The notes under the pieces: generated by a model
The model's database searches: none
What the model saw: only the letters and a program-made list of their open reading frames with translations
Told to the model about the DNA's origin: nothing
Shown here: one piece after another, positions 1-9,029 of the stretch
How positions within the stretch are numbered: the stretch's first letter is position 1
How the letters are laid out: the number at the start of each line of letters is the position of its first letter
Made by a program: the position numbers and the translations under genes
Origin: an uncultured Oscillospiraceae bacterium
GTDB taxonomy: Bacteria > Bacillota > Clostridia > Oscillospirales > Oscillospiraceae
Direction of reading: 5' to 3'
DNA: 64,000 nt
Assembly (NCBI GenBank): GCA_950097245.1
Contig: CATNCS010000005.1
Span: 5,678 to 69,677 of the forward strand

Positions 1-1923
1 GAGCGGCTGTTCGTGGTGGCCGAGGCCCTGCGCCGGGGTTTTTCCCCGCAAAAAATCTACTCCATCACCAAGATGGATATCTGGTTCCTGGACGGCTTCA
101 AGCGGATCATCGACATGGAGGAGGAGCTCAAGCGCTGCAAGGGCGAGCCGGACATCGACACCCTGAAGCGGGCCAAGGAGATGTGCTTTGCCGACAGCTA
201 CATCGGCGCTCTGTGCGGCATGGCCCAGGCTGATGTGAAGGCTCTGCGGGAGCGGTACCACATCATCCCCGCCTTCAAGATGGTGGACACCTGCGCCGCC
301 GAGTTCGACGCCGAGACCCCCTATTACTACTCCACCTACGATGGAGAGAACGAGGCCCGGGACGACGGGTCCGGACGGAAGAAGGTGCTGGTACTGGGCT
401 CCGGCCCCATCCGCATTGGCCAGGGCATTGAGTTTGACTACTGCTCGGTCCACTCGGTGTGGGCGCTGAAAAAGCTGGGCTGTGAGACCATCATCGTCAA
501 CAACAACCCGGAGACCGTCTCCACCGACTTCGACGTGGCGGACAAGCTGTACTTTGAGCCCCTCACCGCCGAGGATGTGCAGAACATTGTGGAACAGGAG
601 AAACCCTGGGGGGCGGTGGTCCAGTTCGGCGGGCAGACCGCCATCAAGCTGGCCAAGGCCCTCACCGACATGGGGGTGCGCATCCTGGGCACCTCCTCCG
701 ACGGGGTGGACGCCGCCGAGGACCGGGAGCGGTTCGATGAAATTCTGTCCAAGTGCAATATCCCCCGGGCCAAAGGCAAGACCGTCTTCACCACCCAGGA
801 GGCCATTACCGCCGCCCGTGAGCTGGGATACCCCGTGCTGGTGCGGCCCTCCTACGTGCTGGGGGGCCAGGGGATGGAGATCGCCTACACCGACCGGAAT
901 ATTGAGGAGTTCATGAAGATCATCAATATGACCGTTCAGGAGCACCCAATCCTGGTGGACAAGTACCTAATGGGCCGGGAGCTGGAGGTGGACGGCGTGT
1001 TCGACGGGGAGGACATCCTCATCCCCGGCATCATGGAGCACGTGGAGCGGGCCGGGGTTCACTCGGGGGACTCCATCGCCGTTTACCCGCCCCTCCACCT
1101 GGAGGAGAAGCACCGGGAGCTCATCCTCAAGCACACCAAAAATATGGCCATGCACCTGGGGGTGGTGGGCCTCATCAACGCCCAGTATATCCTCTACGAC
1201 GACGACATCTATGTGATTGAGGTCAACCCCCGGTCCTCCCGGACCATCCCCTATATCTCCAAGGTCACCGGCGTGCCCATCATCGACCTGGCCACCCGGG
1301 TCATGCTGGGGGAGAAGCTCCGCGACATGGAGTACGGCACCGGTATCTACAAGGAGGCGGAGTATTTCGCCGTCAAGGCCCCGGTGTTCTCCTTCGAGAA
1401 GCTCACCGATGTGGACACCGGCCTGGGCCCGGAGATGAAATCCACCGGCGAGGTGCTGGGCCTGGCCGAGACCTATCCTCAGGCCCTTCTGAAGGCCTTC
1501 AAGGGCTCCGGTATGCGGGCCCCCAAGAAGGGCGGACGGATCATCATCACCGTGAAGGACGAGGACAAGGAGGAGATTATCTCCATCGCCCGGGGTTTTG
1601 AGGACATGGGGGTGGAGCTCTTCGCCACCGCCGGCACCTGCCAGACCCTCACCGACGCGGGCATCCAGTGCAAGAGCGTCAACCGGGTGTCTCAGGCCCA
1701 CCCCAACATCCTGGACATGATCGCCTCCGGCACCGTGGACCTAATTATCAACACCCCCACCCGGGGGAGAAAGCACGACTCCGACGGCTTCCGCATCCGC
1801 CGCTCCGCCGTGGAGCACGGGGTGGGCTGCGTCACCTCGGTGGACACCGCCCGGGCCCTGCTCACCGTCCGGCAGCAGAGTCGCAGCGAGGACCTCACCC
1901 CCATCGACATCACCAAAATTTGA
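1..1923 (+). CDS. carB: Carbamoyl-phosphate synthase large subunit, 5'-truncated by the window edge
   Basis: Second CPS half: LVLGSGPIRIGQGIEFDYC, NNNPETVSTD, EVNPRSSRT, C-terminal MGS domain; frame is open from base 1. Confidence 0.97.
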   Translation, partial: ERLFVVAEALRRGFSPQKIYSITKMDIWFLDGFKRIIDMEEELKRCKGEPDIDTLKRAKEMCFADSYIGALCGMAQADVKALRERYHIIPAFKMVDTCAAEFDAETPYYYSTYDGENEARDDGSGRKKVLVLGSGPIRIGQGIEFDYCSVHSVWALKKLGCETIIVNNNPETVSTDFDVADKLYFEPLTAEDVQNIVEQEKPWGAVVQFGGQTAIKLAKALTDMGVRILGTSSDGVDAAEDRERFDEILSKCNIPRAKGKTVFTTQEAITAARELGYPVLVRPSYVLGGQGMEIAYTDRNIEEFMKIINMTVQEHPILVDKYLMGRELEVDGVFDGEDILIPGIMEHVERAGVHSGDSIAVYPPLHLEEKHRELILKHTKNMAMHLGVVGLINAQYILYDDDIYVIEVNPRSSRTIPYISKVTGVPIIDLATRVMLGEKLRDMEYGTGIYKEAEYFAVKAPVFSFEKLTDVDTGLGPEMKSTGEVLGLAETYPQALLKAFKGSGMRAPKKGGRIIITVKDEDKEEIISIARGFEDMGVELFATAGTCQTLTDAGIQCKSVNRVSQAHPNILDMIASGTVDLIINTPTRGRKHDSDGFRIRRSAVEHGVGCVTSVDTARALLTVRQQSRSEDLTPIDITKI

Positions 1924-1927
1924 CGAA

Positions 1928-1953
1928 AGCCCCCCGGCGCAGGCCGGGGGGCT
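1928..1953. terminator. Hairpin between convergent carB and comM
   Basis: GC-rich inverted repeat just after the carB stop; weak U-tracts. Confidence 0.6.
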
Positions 1954-1983
1954 GGTATTTGCAGGGGACATCACAGGCCAAAA

Positions 1984-3501
1984 TTATCTCCTCAGATACT
2001 CCGGGGGCCGGTATTGCAGCGCCTCAGCCAGGTGGGCGGGGGAGATGCTGCCGCCGCCGTCCAGGTCGGCGATGGTGCGGGCGACCCGAAGGATGCGGTC
2101 GTAGCTCCGGGCGGTGAGGCCCATGCGGTCGAAGGCCCCCTTCATCAGCCGCTGGCAGGTGGCGTCCAGGGCGCAGAACCGGTCCAGGCTCTCCCGGGTG
2201 AGCTGGGAATTACAGGGTACGCCGGTGTCCTTCTGCCGCCGGGTCTGGAGGGCCCGGGCGCCGTCCACCCGCTGCTTCACCTGGGCGGAGGTCTCCGCCC
2301 GCTCCCGCTGGGCAAGCTCGTCAAACTCCAGGGGGGCCACCTCCACAAACAGGTCCAGCCGGTCCAGAAGGGGGCCGGACAGTCGGGACAGGTACTTTTT
2401 CACCTCCGCCTCGGAGCACCGGCAGCGCCCGGAGGGGTGGCCGTACCAGCCGCATTTGCAGGGGTTCATGGCGCACACCAGCATGAACCGGGCGGGGTAG
2501 GTGACGGTGCCCGCCGCCCTGGAGATCTGCACCTGGCCGTCCTCCAGGGGCTGACGGAGCACCTCCAGCACCTCCTTGGGGAACTCGGGCAGCTCATCCA
2601 GAAAGAGGACTCCGTTGTGGGCCAGGGAAATTTCCCCCGGCCGGGGGTTGGAGCCGCCCCCGGACATGCCGGTGGAGGAGACGGTGTGGTGGGGGGAGCG
2701 GAAGGGCCGCAGGGCGATGAGGGGCTGCTTGGCGCTGGTCTGGCCCATGATGGAGTGGATTTCGGTGCACTCCAGGGCCTCCTGGCGGGTCATGTCGGGG
2801 AGGATGCCGGGCAGACGGCGGGCCAGCATGGACTTGCCTGTCCCCGGCGGGCCGGACATGAGGATGCTGTGCCCCCCGGCGGCGGCGATCTCCAGCGCCC
2901 GCTTCACCTGCTCCTGGCCCTTTACCTCGGCCATATCGGGGCAGTGGAAGGCGGTGGGGGAGGGGACCCAGGGCGGGGCGGGGGAGATGGGTTCCTCCCC
3001 CATCAGGTGGCGCTCCAGCTGGGCCACGTCCCGGACAGGGTAGACCACAGGACCCTCTGCCAGGGTGGCCTCGGCGGCGTTTTCCTCCGGGACATACAGG
3101 GCTGTGATGCCCTCCCGCTTGGCGGCCAGGGCCATGGACAGCATCCCCGCGCAGGGCCGGAGCTGGCCGGACAGGGACAGTTCCCCGATGAAAGCGCAGT
3201 TCTCCTTGGGCAGGCGCAGCTGCTTGCCGGCGGCTAAGATTCCCACCAGCATGGGCAGATCGTAGAGGGTGCCCACCTTTTTCAGATGGGCGGGGGCCAG
3301 GTTGACGGTGATGCGGCTGACGGGAAAGGTGAAGCCGCAGTTTTTGATGGCCGCCCGCACCCGCTCCCGGGCCTCGTTGACGGCGGCGTCAGGCAGGCCC
3401 ACCACCGTGAAGGCGGGCAGCCCCCCGGACAGATCGCACTCGGCGGTTACCAGATAGCCGGTGACCCCGTGGAGCCCCAGGGATTGGATAGATTGTACCA
3501 T
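1984..3501 (-). CDS. comM: YifB/ComM Mg-chelatase-like AAA+ ATPase
   Basis: VGLPDAAVNEARERVR, SRITVNLAPA, Walker A GPPGTGKS, RPGEISLAHNGVLFLDE; GGGAGG RBS. Confidence 0.93.
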   Translation of the reverse strand: MVQSIQSLGLHGVTGYLVTAECDLSGGLPAFTVVGLPDAAVNEARERVRAAIKNCGFTFPVSRITVNLAPAHLKKVGTLYDLPMLVGILAAGKQLRLPKENCAFIGELSLSGQLRPCAGMLSMALAAKREGITALYVPEENAAEATLAEGPVVYPVRDVAQLERHLMGEEPISPAPPWVPSPTAFHCPDMAEVKGQEQVKRALEIAAAGGHSILMSGPPGTGKSMLARRLPGILPDMTRQEALECTEIHSIMGQTSAKQPLIALRPFRSPHHTVSSTGMSGGGSNPRPGEISLAHNGVLFLDELPEFPKEVLEVLRQPLEDGQVQISRAAGTVTYPARFMLVCAMNPCKCGWYGHPSGRCRCSEAEVKKYLSRLSGPLLDRLDLFVEVAPLEFDELAQRERAETSAQVKQRVDGARALQTRRQKDTGVPCNSQLTRESLDRFCALDATCQRLMKGAFDRMGLTARSYDRILRVARTIADLDGGGSISPAHLAEALQYRPPEYLRR

Positions 3502-3613
3502 GTGCTCGCCTCCCGGTCAGGTAAAAATTGGTCAAAACCTATTGTAGCGGTTTTTGGTGGAAAATGCAACACAGGACCAAAGATTAAGATTTGATAAATT
3601 TCTATTTTGCAGA

Positions 3614-3642
3614 TTGATTTTTCTAAAAAGCCCTCGTATAAT
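3614..3642 (+). promoter_or_regulatory. Sigma-A type promoter of the lipoprotein gene
   Basis: TTGATT-N17-TATAAT. Confidence 0.7.
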
Positions 3643-3688
3643 GAATCTCACGGCCTGTGTGCCGAATGTTAAAAAAGGAGTGACTTCA

Positions 3689-4375
3689 ATGAAACTGACC
3701 CGTAGAATCCCCGCGCTGCTGCTGGCGATGGTTATGCTGTGTTCCCTGACCCTGACCGGCTGCAAGAAGGAGGCCCCCGTTGGCGGTGACCAGGTGGCCG
3801 TGGCCCTGTATGAGCTGATTTTGAAGGATGACGCCTCCAAGGCCGTGGAGCTGTTTGGCTACGCGGACGAGGCTGCGGCCCGCAAGGATATGGGCCTGGA
3901 CGGCAGCATCTATGACGAGCTGGCCGACGAGCTGGTGACCCAGTTCACCGCCAGCGGCATGACCGTCAGCACAGAGCAGATGCAGGAGTTTGTAGACGCC
4001 TTTATGAAGATGTTCAGCGAGGTGAACCTCACCGCCAAGGTGAAGGAGGCCGACGAGAAGGCCGGCACCGCCGTGATTACCTGCACCGTGAACACCTTCG
4101 ACCCCGAGGCCCTGACCCAGGCTATGACCGACGCCATGACCAACCTGGATCCCTCCATCCTCCAGGGCGGCGACATGAATGCCGCCATGGGCGCTGTCCT
4201 TCAGGCCGCCTCCGGCGCCATCTCTGAGATCAAGCCCACCGACAAGACCGCGGACTTCGACGTGGACTTTGAGCTGACTGAGATGGACGTCAACGGCAAG
4301 ACCAAGAAGGTCTGGGTGCCCACTGACGCCAACAAGTTCGGCGAGCTGATCTCCACCACCGCCATGGGCGGCTGA
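3689..4375 (+). CDS. Lipoprotein of unknown function (DUF5105-like)
   Basis: AAGGAG RBS then MKLTRRIPALLLAMVMLCSLTLTGC signal with lipobox; start moved downstream from the track's 3554. Confidence 0.75.
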   Translation: MKLTRRIPALLLAMVMLCSLTLTGCKKEAPVGGDQVAVALYELILKDDASKAVELFGYADEAAARKDMGLDGSIYDELADELVTQFTASGMTVSTEQMQEFVDAFMKMFSEVNLTAKVKEADEKAGTAVITCTVNTFDPEALTQAMTDAMTNLDPSILQGGDMNAAMGAVLQAASGAISEIKPTDKTADFDVDFELTEMDVNGKTKKVWVPTDANKFGELISTTAMGG

Positions 4376-4394
4376 TTTCTGCCCTTTACTTAAA

Positions 4395-4425
4395 ACCGCC
4401 CTGCCGGGCTGACCGGCGGGGCGGT
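4395..4425 (+). terminator. Intrinsic terminator-like hairpin
   Basis: ACCGCCCTGCCGG-loop-CCGGCGGGGCGGT after the lipoprotein stop. Confidence 0.65.
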
Positions 4426-4492
4426 CTTCAATTTTCATGAAAAAAACCCCCAAATTGAATAAATTTTTGAAGGGAAAAATGCAATAGAAAAG

Positions 4493-4521
4493 TTTACAAA
4501 CCGCTTGAAAAGTGATACACT
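4493..4521 (+). promoter_or_regulatory. Sigma-A promoter of nifJ with extended -10
   Basis: TTTACA-N17-TACACT preceded by TG; implies a leader of about 170 nt. Confidence 0.6.
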
Positions 4522-4701
4522 ACATCTGTATGAAATCCTAAGGCCGGATACCGTCTGCCAGGACCGGCGCGGGACTGCCTCCGTATAACCGTTTACCTAT
4601 GAAAAACATAACTGTTTTCAGAGTTGGCGGGGTGAGGACAGGCCTGTAAAATAGAGCAGAGAAGCACCCCAGCAAATTTAGGAAGAAAGTAGGGAACCTC
4701 T

Positions 4702-7700
4702 ATGGCAAGAAAATTCAAAACCATGGACGGAAACAACGCCGCTGCGTATGTCAGCTACGCGTTCACCGAGGTAGCCGGCATCTACCCCATCACGCCGTCC
4801 AGCCCCATGGCCGATTACGTGGACCAGTGGGCCGCCCAGGGCCAGAAGAACATCTTCGGTAACACCGTGAAGGTGATCGAGATGCAGTCCGAGGCCGGCG
4901 CCGCCGGCACCGTCCACGGCTCTCTGAACGCGGGAGCTCTGACCACCACCTATACCGCCTCTCAGGGCCTGCTGCTGATGATCCCCAACATGTACAAGAT
5001 CGCCGGCGAGCTGCTGCCCGGCGTGTTCCACGTCTCCGCCCGTACCGTGGCCGCCCAGTCCCTGAACATCTTTGGCGACCACTCCGACGTGATGGCCTGC
5101 CGCCAGACCGGCTTTGCCATGCTGGCCGAGGGCAACGTGCAGGAGGTTATGGACCTGGCTCCCGTGGCCCACCTGGCCGCCATCAAGGGCCGCGTTCCCT
5201 TCATCAACTTCTTCGACGGCTTCCGCACCTCCCACGAGATCCAGAAGGTCGCCATCTGGGACTACAAGGATCTGGCCGAGATGGTGGACATGGACGCCGT
5301 GGCCGACTTCCGCGCCCGGGCCCTGAACCCCGAGCACCCCACCATGCGGGGCTCCCACGAGAACGGCGACATCTTCTTCCAGCACCGCGAGGCCTCCAAC
5401 AAGTACTACGACGCGCTCCCCGAGATCGTCGAGGAATATATGGGCAAGATCAACGCCAAGCTGGGCACCGACTATCAGCTGTTCAACTACTACGGCGCCC
5501 CCGATGCCGACCGGGTGATCATCTGCATGGGCTCCTTCTGCGATGTGGCCGAGGAGGTCATCGACTATATGAACGCCCACGGCGAGAAGGTGGGTATGGT
5601 CAAGGTCCGCCTGTACCGCCCCTTCCGGGCCGACAAGCTCATCGCCACCATCCCCGCCACCGCCACCAAGATCGCCGTGCTGGACCGCACCAAGGAGCCC
5701 GGCTCTTTGGGCGAGCCCCTGTATCAGGACGTGATCACCGCCCTGGCTGAGAACGGCGTCACCGACAAGACTGTCATCGCCGGCCGCTACGGTCTGGGCT
5801 CCAAGGACACCCCGCCCCGCTCCGTCTTTGCCGTGTATGAGGAGCTGGCCAAGGATGCCCCCAAGAAGAAGTTCACCATCGGTATCGTGGACGACGTCAC
5901 CGACCTGTCCCTGACCGAGAAGCCCGCCCCCAACACCGCCGCCGAGGGCACCATCGAGGTCAAGTTCTGGGGTCTGGGCGGCGACGGCACCGTGGGCGCC
6001 AACAAGAACTCCATCAAGATCATCGGCGACCACACCGACAAGTACGTCCAGGCCTACTTCCAGTACGACTCCAAGAAGACCGGCGGCGTGACCGTCAGCC
6101 ACCTGCGCTTCGGCGACAAGCCCATCCGCGCCCCCTACTATATCAACAAGGCCGACTTCGTGGCCTGCCACGTGCCCGCCTATATCGTGAAGGGCTTCCC
6201 CATGGTCCGTGACGTGAAGCCCGGCGGCACCTTCCTCATCAACTGCCAGTGGTCCGCCGAGGAGCTGGATAAGCACATGCCCGCCGTGGCCAAGCGGTAT
6301 ATCGCCGAGAACGACATCCAGGTCTACCTCATCAACGCCATCGACCTGGCCCGGGAGATCGGCATGGGCAAGCGCACCAACACCATCCTCCAGTCCGCCT
6401 TCTTCAAGCTGGCCAAGGTGATGCCCGAGGCCGAGGCCATCCAGTATATGAAGGACGCCGCCACCCACTCCTACCTGAAGAAGGGCCAGGACATTGTGGA
6501 CATGAACCACAAGGCCATCGACGCCGGCGCGTCCGCCTTCACCAAGTTCGAGGTGCCCGCCTCCTGGAAGGATGCCGTGGACGCCCCCGTGGAGAACAAG
6601 CACACCGGTCCCGCCAAGCTGGTGGATCTGGTGAACAACGTGCTGGATCCCGTGGACCGGATGGACGGCGACTCCCTGCCCGTCTCCGCCTTCGAGCCCT
6701 ATGCCGACGGCACCTTTGAGCTGGGCGCCGCCGCCTACGAGAAGCGGGGCGTGGCCGTGGCCGTGCCCCAGTGGGACTCCAGCAAGTGTATCCAGTGTAA
6801 CCAGTGCTCCTATGTCTGCCCCCACGCCACCATCCGTCCCTTCGCCCTCACCGAGGAGGAGGCCAAGAACGCCCCCGAGGCCGCCAAGATTGTGGATGTC
6901 AAGGCCGGCAAGGGCAAGGGCCAGTACAAGTTCACCATCGCCGTCAGCCCCCTGGACTGCATGGGCTGCTCCGTGTGCGTAAAGACCTGCCCGGTGGACG
7001 CCCTGGCTATGGTGCCCCAGGAGCAGGAGGCCGCCCAGCAGGACGTGTTCAACTATATGGTGGCCAATGTGGCCGCCAAGGAGGACATGGCCGACCTCAC
7101 CGTCAAGGGCTCCCAGTTCAAGAAGCCTCTGCTGGAGTTCTCCGGCTCCTGCGCCGGCTGCGCCGAGACCGCCTATGCCCGTCTGATTACCCAGCTGTTC
7201 GGCGACCGGATGTATATCTCCAACGCCACCGGCTGTTCCTCCATCTGGGGCGGCCCCGCCGCCACCTCCCCCTACGCCACCACGGCTGAGGGCAAGGGTC
7301 CCGCATGGGCCAACTCCCTGTTTGAGGACAACGCCGAGCACGGCCTGGGCATGTATCTGGGCCAGAAGGCCATCCGCACCCGCCTGGCCGAGAAGACCAA
7401 GGCCCTGATTGCGGTGGAGCACACCTATGGCCCGCTGAAGGAGGCCGCTCAGAAGTGGCTGGACACCATGGAGGACGGCAAGGCCAACGAGGCCGCTACC
7501 AAGGAGTATGTCAAGCTGCTGGAAGAGAGCATTATGACCGTTGACGACATTGTGGCCTTCACCGCCAGCCCCAAGGCCGCTGAGGTCTTCGGCGACCAGC
7601 TGCCCCAGTTCCAGGCCCACGCCAAGGAGCTGAAGGAGTCCGGCGCCAAGTACTGCGACTGCGACGCCTGCAAGCTGGTCAAGGAGATTCTGGACGAGAA

Positions 7701-8376
7701 GGACTACCTGGCCAAGAAGTCCGTGTGGATCTTCGGCGGCGACGGCTGGGCCTACGACATCGGCTACGGCGGCGTGGACCATGTCCTGGCCTCCGGCGAG
7801 GACGTGAACATCTTCGTCTTCGACACCGAGGTGTACTCCAACACCGGCGGTCAGGCCTCCAAGGCCTCCAACATCGGCCAGGTGGCGCAGTTCGCCGCCG
7901 CCGGCAAGGTGATGCCCAAGAAGTCCCTCACCGAGATTGCCATGACCTACGGCTATGTGTATGTGGCTCAGGTGTCCATGGGCGCCAACCCCAACCAGAC
8001 CCTGAAGGCCATCGCCGAGGCCGAGGCCTATCACGGTCCCTCCCTCATCATCGGCTACGCCCCCTGCGAGATGCACTCCATCAAGGGCGGTATGGCCAAC
8101 TGCCAGGTCGAGATGAAGAAGGCCGTGGAGTGCGGCTACTGGAACCTGTTCCGGTTCAACCCCGACCTGAAGAAGGAGGGCAAGAACCCCTTCACCCTGG
8201 ACAGCAAGGCTCCCGCCGGCGGCTACCAGGAGTTCCTCATGAACGAGGCCCGCTACTCCGCCCTGACCCGGTCCTTCCCCGACCGCGCCAAGGAGCTGTT
8301 CGCCCTCAACGAGGAGACCGCCAAGAAGCGCTACAACAAGCTGACCCGTCTGGAGAAGATGTTCGGCGAGGAGTAA
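4702..8376 (+). CDS. nifJ: Pyruvate:ferredoxin (flavodoxin) oxidoreductase
   Basis: IYPITPSS, MQSEAGAAG, two CxxCxxCxxxC ferredoxin motifs, GGDGWAYDIG TPP motif. Confidence 0.97.
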   Translation: MARKFKTMDGNNAAAYVSYAFTEVAGIYPITPSSPMADYVDQWAAQGQKNIFGNTVKVIEMQSEAGAAGTVHGSLNAGALTTTYTASQGLLLMIPNMYKIAGELLPGVFHVSARTVAAQSLNIFGDHSDVMACRQTGFAMLAEGNVQEVMDLAPVAHLAAIKGRVPFINFFDGFRTSHEIQKVAIWDYKDLAEMVDMDAVADFRARALNPEHPTMRGSHENGDIFFQHREASNKYYDALPEIVEEYMGKINAKLGTDYQLFNYYGAPDADRVIICMGSFCDVAEEVIDYMNAHGEKVGMVKVRLYRPFRADKLIATIPATATKIAVLDRTKEPGSLGEPLYQDVITALAENGVTDKTVIAGRYGLGSKDTPPRSVFAVYEELAKDAPKKKFTIGIVDDVTDLSLTEKPAPNTAAEGTIEVKFWGLGGDGTVGANKNSIKIIGDHTDKYVQAYFQYDSKKTGGVTVSHLRFGDKPIRAPYYINKADFVACHVPAYIVKGFPMVRDVKPGGTFLINCQWSAEELDKHMPAVAKRYIAENDIQVYLINAIDLAREIGMGKRTNTILQSAFFKLAKVMPEAEAIQYMKDAATHSYLKKGQDIVDMNHKAIDAGASAFTKFEVPASWKDAVDAPVENKHTGPAKLVDLVNNVLDPVDRMDGDSLPVSAFEPYADGTFELGAAAYEKRGVAVAVPQWDSSKCIQCNQCSYVCPHATIRPFALTEEEAKNAPEAAKIVDVKAGKGKGQYKFTIAVSPLDCMGCSVCVKTCPVDALAMVPQEQEAAQQDVFNYMVANVAAKEDMADLTVKGSQFKKPLLEFSGSCAGCAETAYARLITQLFGDRMYISNATGCSSIWGGPAATSPYATTAEGKGPAWANSLFEDNAEHGLGMYLGQKAIRTRLAEKTKALIAVEHTYGPLKEAAQKWLDTMEDGKANEAATKEYVKLLEESIMTVDDIVAFTASPKAAEVFGDQLPQFQAHAKELKESGAKYCDCDACKLVKEILDEKDYLAKKSVWIFGGDGWAYDIGYGGVDHVLASGEDVNIFVFDTEVYSNTGGQASKASNIGQVAQFAAAGKVMPKKSLTEIAMTYGYVYVAQVSMGANPNQTLKAIAEAEAYHGPSLIIGYAPCEMHSIKGGMANCQVEMKKAVECGYWNLFRFNPDLKKEGKNPFTLDSKAPAGGYQEFLMNEARYSALTRSFPDRAKELFALNEETAKKRYNKLTRLEKMFGEE

Positions 8377-8387
8377 TCCTTAAGAAC

Positions 8388-8429
8388 AAAAAACCGCCCC
8401 GCTGCTTCACGGCAGCGGGGCGGTTTTTT
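8388..8429. terminator. Bidirectional intrinsic terminator
   Basis: AAAAAACCGCCCCGCTGC-TTCACG-GCAGCGGGGCGGTTTTTT between convergent genes. Confidence 0.9.
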
Positions 8430-8431
8430 GC

Positions 8432-8635
8432 TTACAGTGCGTTCCAGCAGGCATCCAAGTGTTTATGTAACGCCTGGTTTGCGTCGAACAGATAGTTGTA
8501 CAGTGCGTTGAAGCCCTGCGCATAGGGGTCCTTTGCGTAGGATAACCCCAGCGCCATCGCCTCCAATGCGTTGATCCCCCGAGATATGTCACATACTGCG
8601 GTGGACAGATTGTCTAAATCTTCTCGTAAACTCAT
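8432..8635 (-). CDS. 67-aa hypothetical helical protein (MSLREDLDNL...ACWNAL)
   Basis: AAGGAGG RBS before ATG 8635; ends at the bidirectional terminator. Confidence 0.7.
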   Translation of the reverse strand: MSLREDLDNLSTAVCDISRGINALEAMALGLSYAKDPYAQGFNALYNYLFDANQALHKHLDACWNAL

Positions 8636-8741
8636 GGTTTCCTCCTTGATTTTTACCCGAAGATGTGGCATAATTAAATTTACCATTCCTCCGGGCGTGG
8701 TTAATAACGGATTCGCTGACTTTCGAGGGTGGGCGTTTCCG

Positions 8742-8918
8742 TTATTTTTTGATTCGGCCATGCTGTTCCTTGATCCCCTTCCGGACAACCTCCGACCGGG
8801 AGAGCTGTTCCGCTTCGCAGCACTCGTCCAGCTGTTCCAGCGTCTCCTTGTCCAGCCGGACGCGGAGCATGAAGTCCTTGGGGTTGTCTGATACAGGACG
8901 GCCCATGCGTGCAACCAC
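8742..8918 (-). CDS. 58-aa CopG/ribbon-helix-helix DNA-binding protein (absent from the ORF track)
   Basis: Manual translation: MVARMGRPVSDNPKDFMLRVRLDKETLEQLDECCEAEQLSRSEVVRKGIKEQHGRIKK; beta-strand LRVRL, then helices with SRSEVVR; GAAAGGTGG RBS before GTG. Confidence 0.8.
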   Translation of the reverse strand: MVARMGRPVSDNPKDFMLRVRLDKETLEQLDECCEAEQLSRSEVVRKGIKEQHGRIKK

Positions 8919-8935
8919 GGTTTCACCACCTTTCA

Positions 8936-8976
8936 GTTGCTACAATAAGTATAGTTCTGTTGCGACAAAAAGTCAA
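8936..8976 (-). promoter_or_regulatory. Sigma-A promoter with two direct-repeat operator candidates
   Basis: TTGACT-N17-TATACT (8976-8948); TTGTCGCAAC (8959-8968) lies in the spacer and TTGTAGCAAC (8936-8945) just downstream of the -10. Confidence 0.75.
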
Positions 8977-8996
8977 GCTTTTTTTGAAAAAATTTG

Positions 8997-9022
8997 CGCC
9001 GCTGTCCCGAAGGGCAGCGGCG
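8997..9022 (-). terminator. Terminator of the pur operon after purD
   Basis: CGCCGCTGCCC-TTCG-GGACAGCGGCG followed by a T-rich tract. Confidence 0.75.
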
Positions 9023-9029
9023 TTTGCAG

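Noticed and set aside
4678-8076. 1132-aa antisense ORF opposite nifJ, and similar long antisense ORFs opposite rpoB, rpoC, GH36, purF and the GRE
   Set aside because: Shadow frames expected from strong GC3 bias; G/L/V/H-rich translations with no recognisable motifs, lying exactly opposite well-supported genes.
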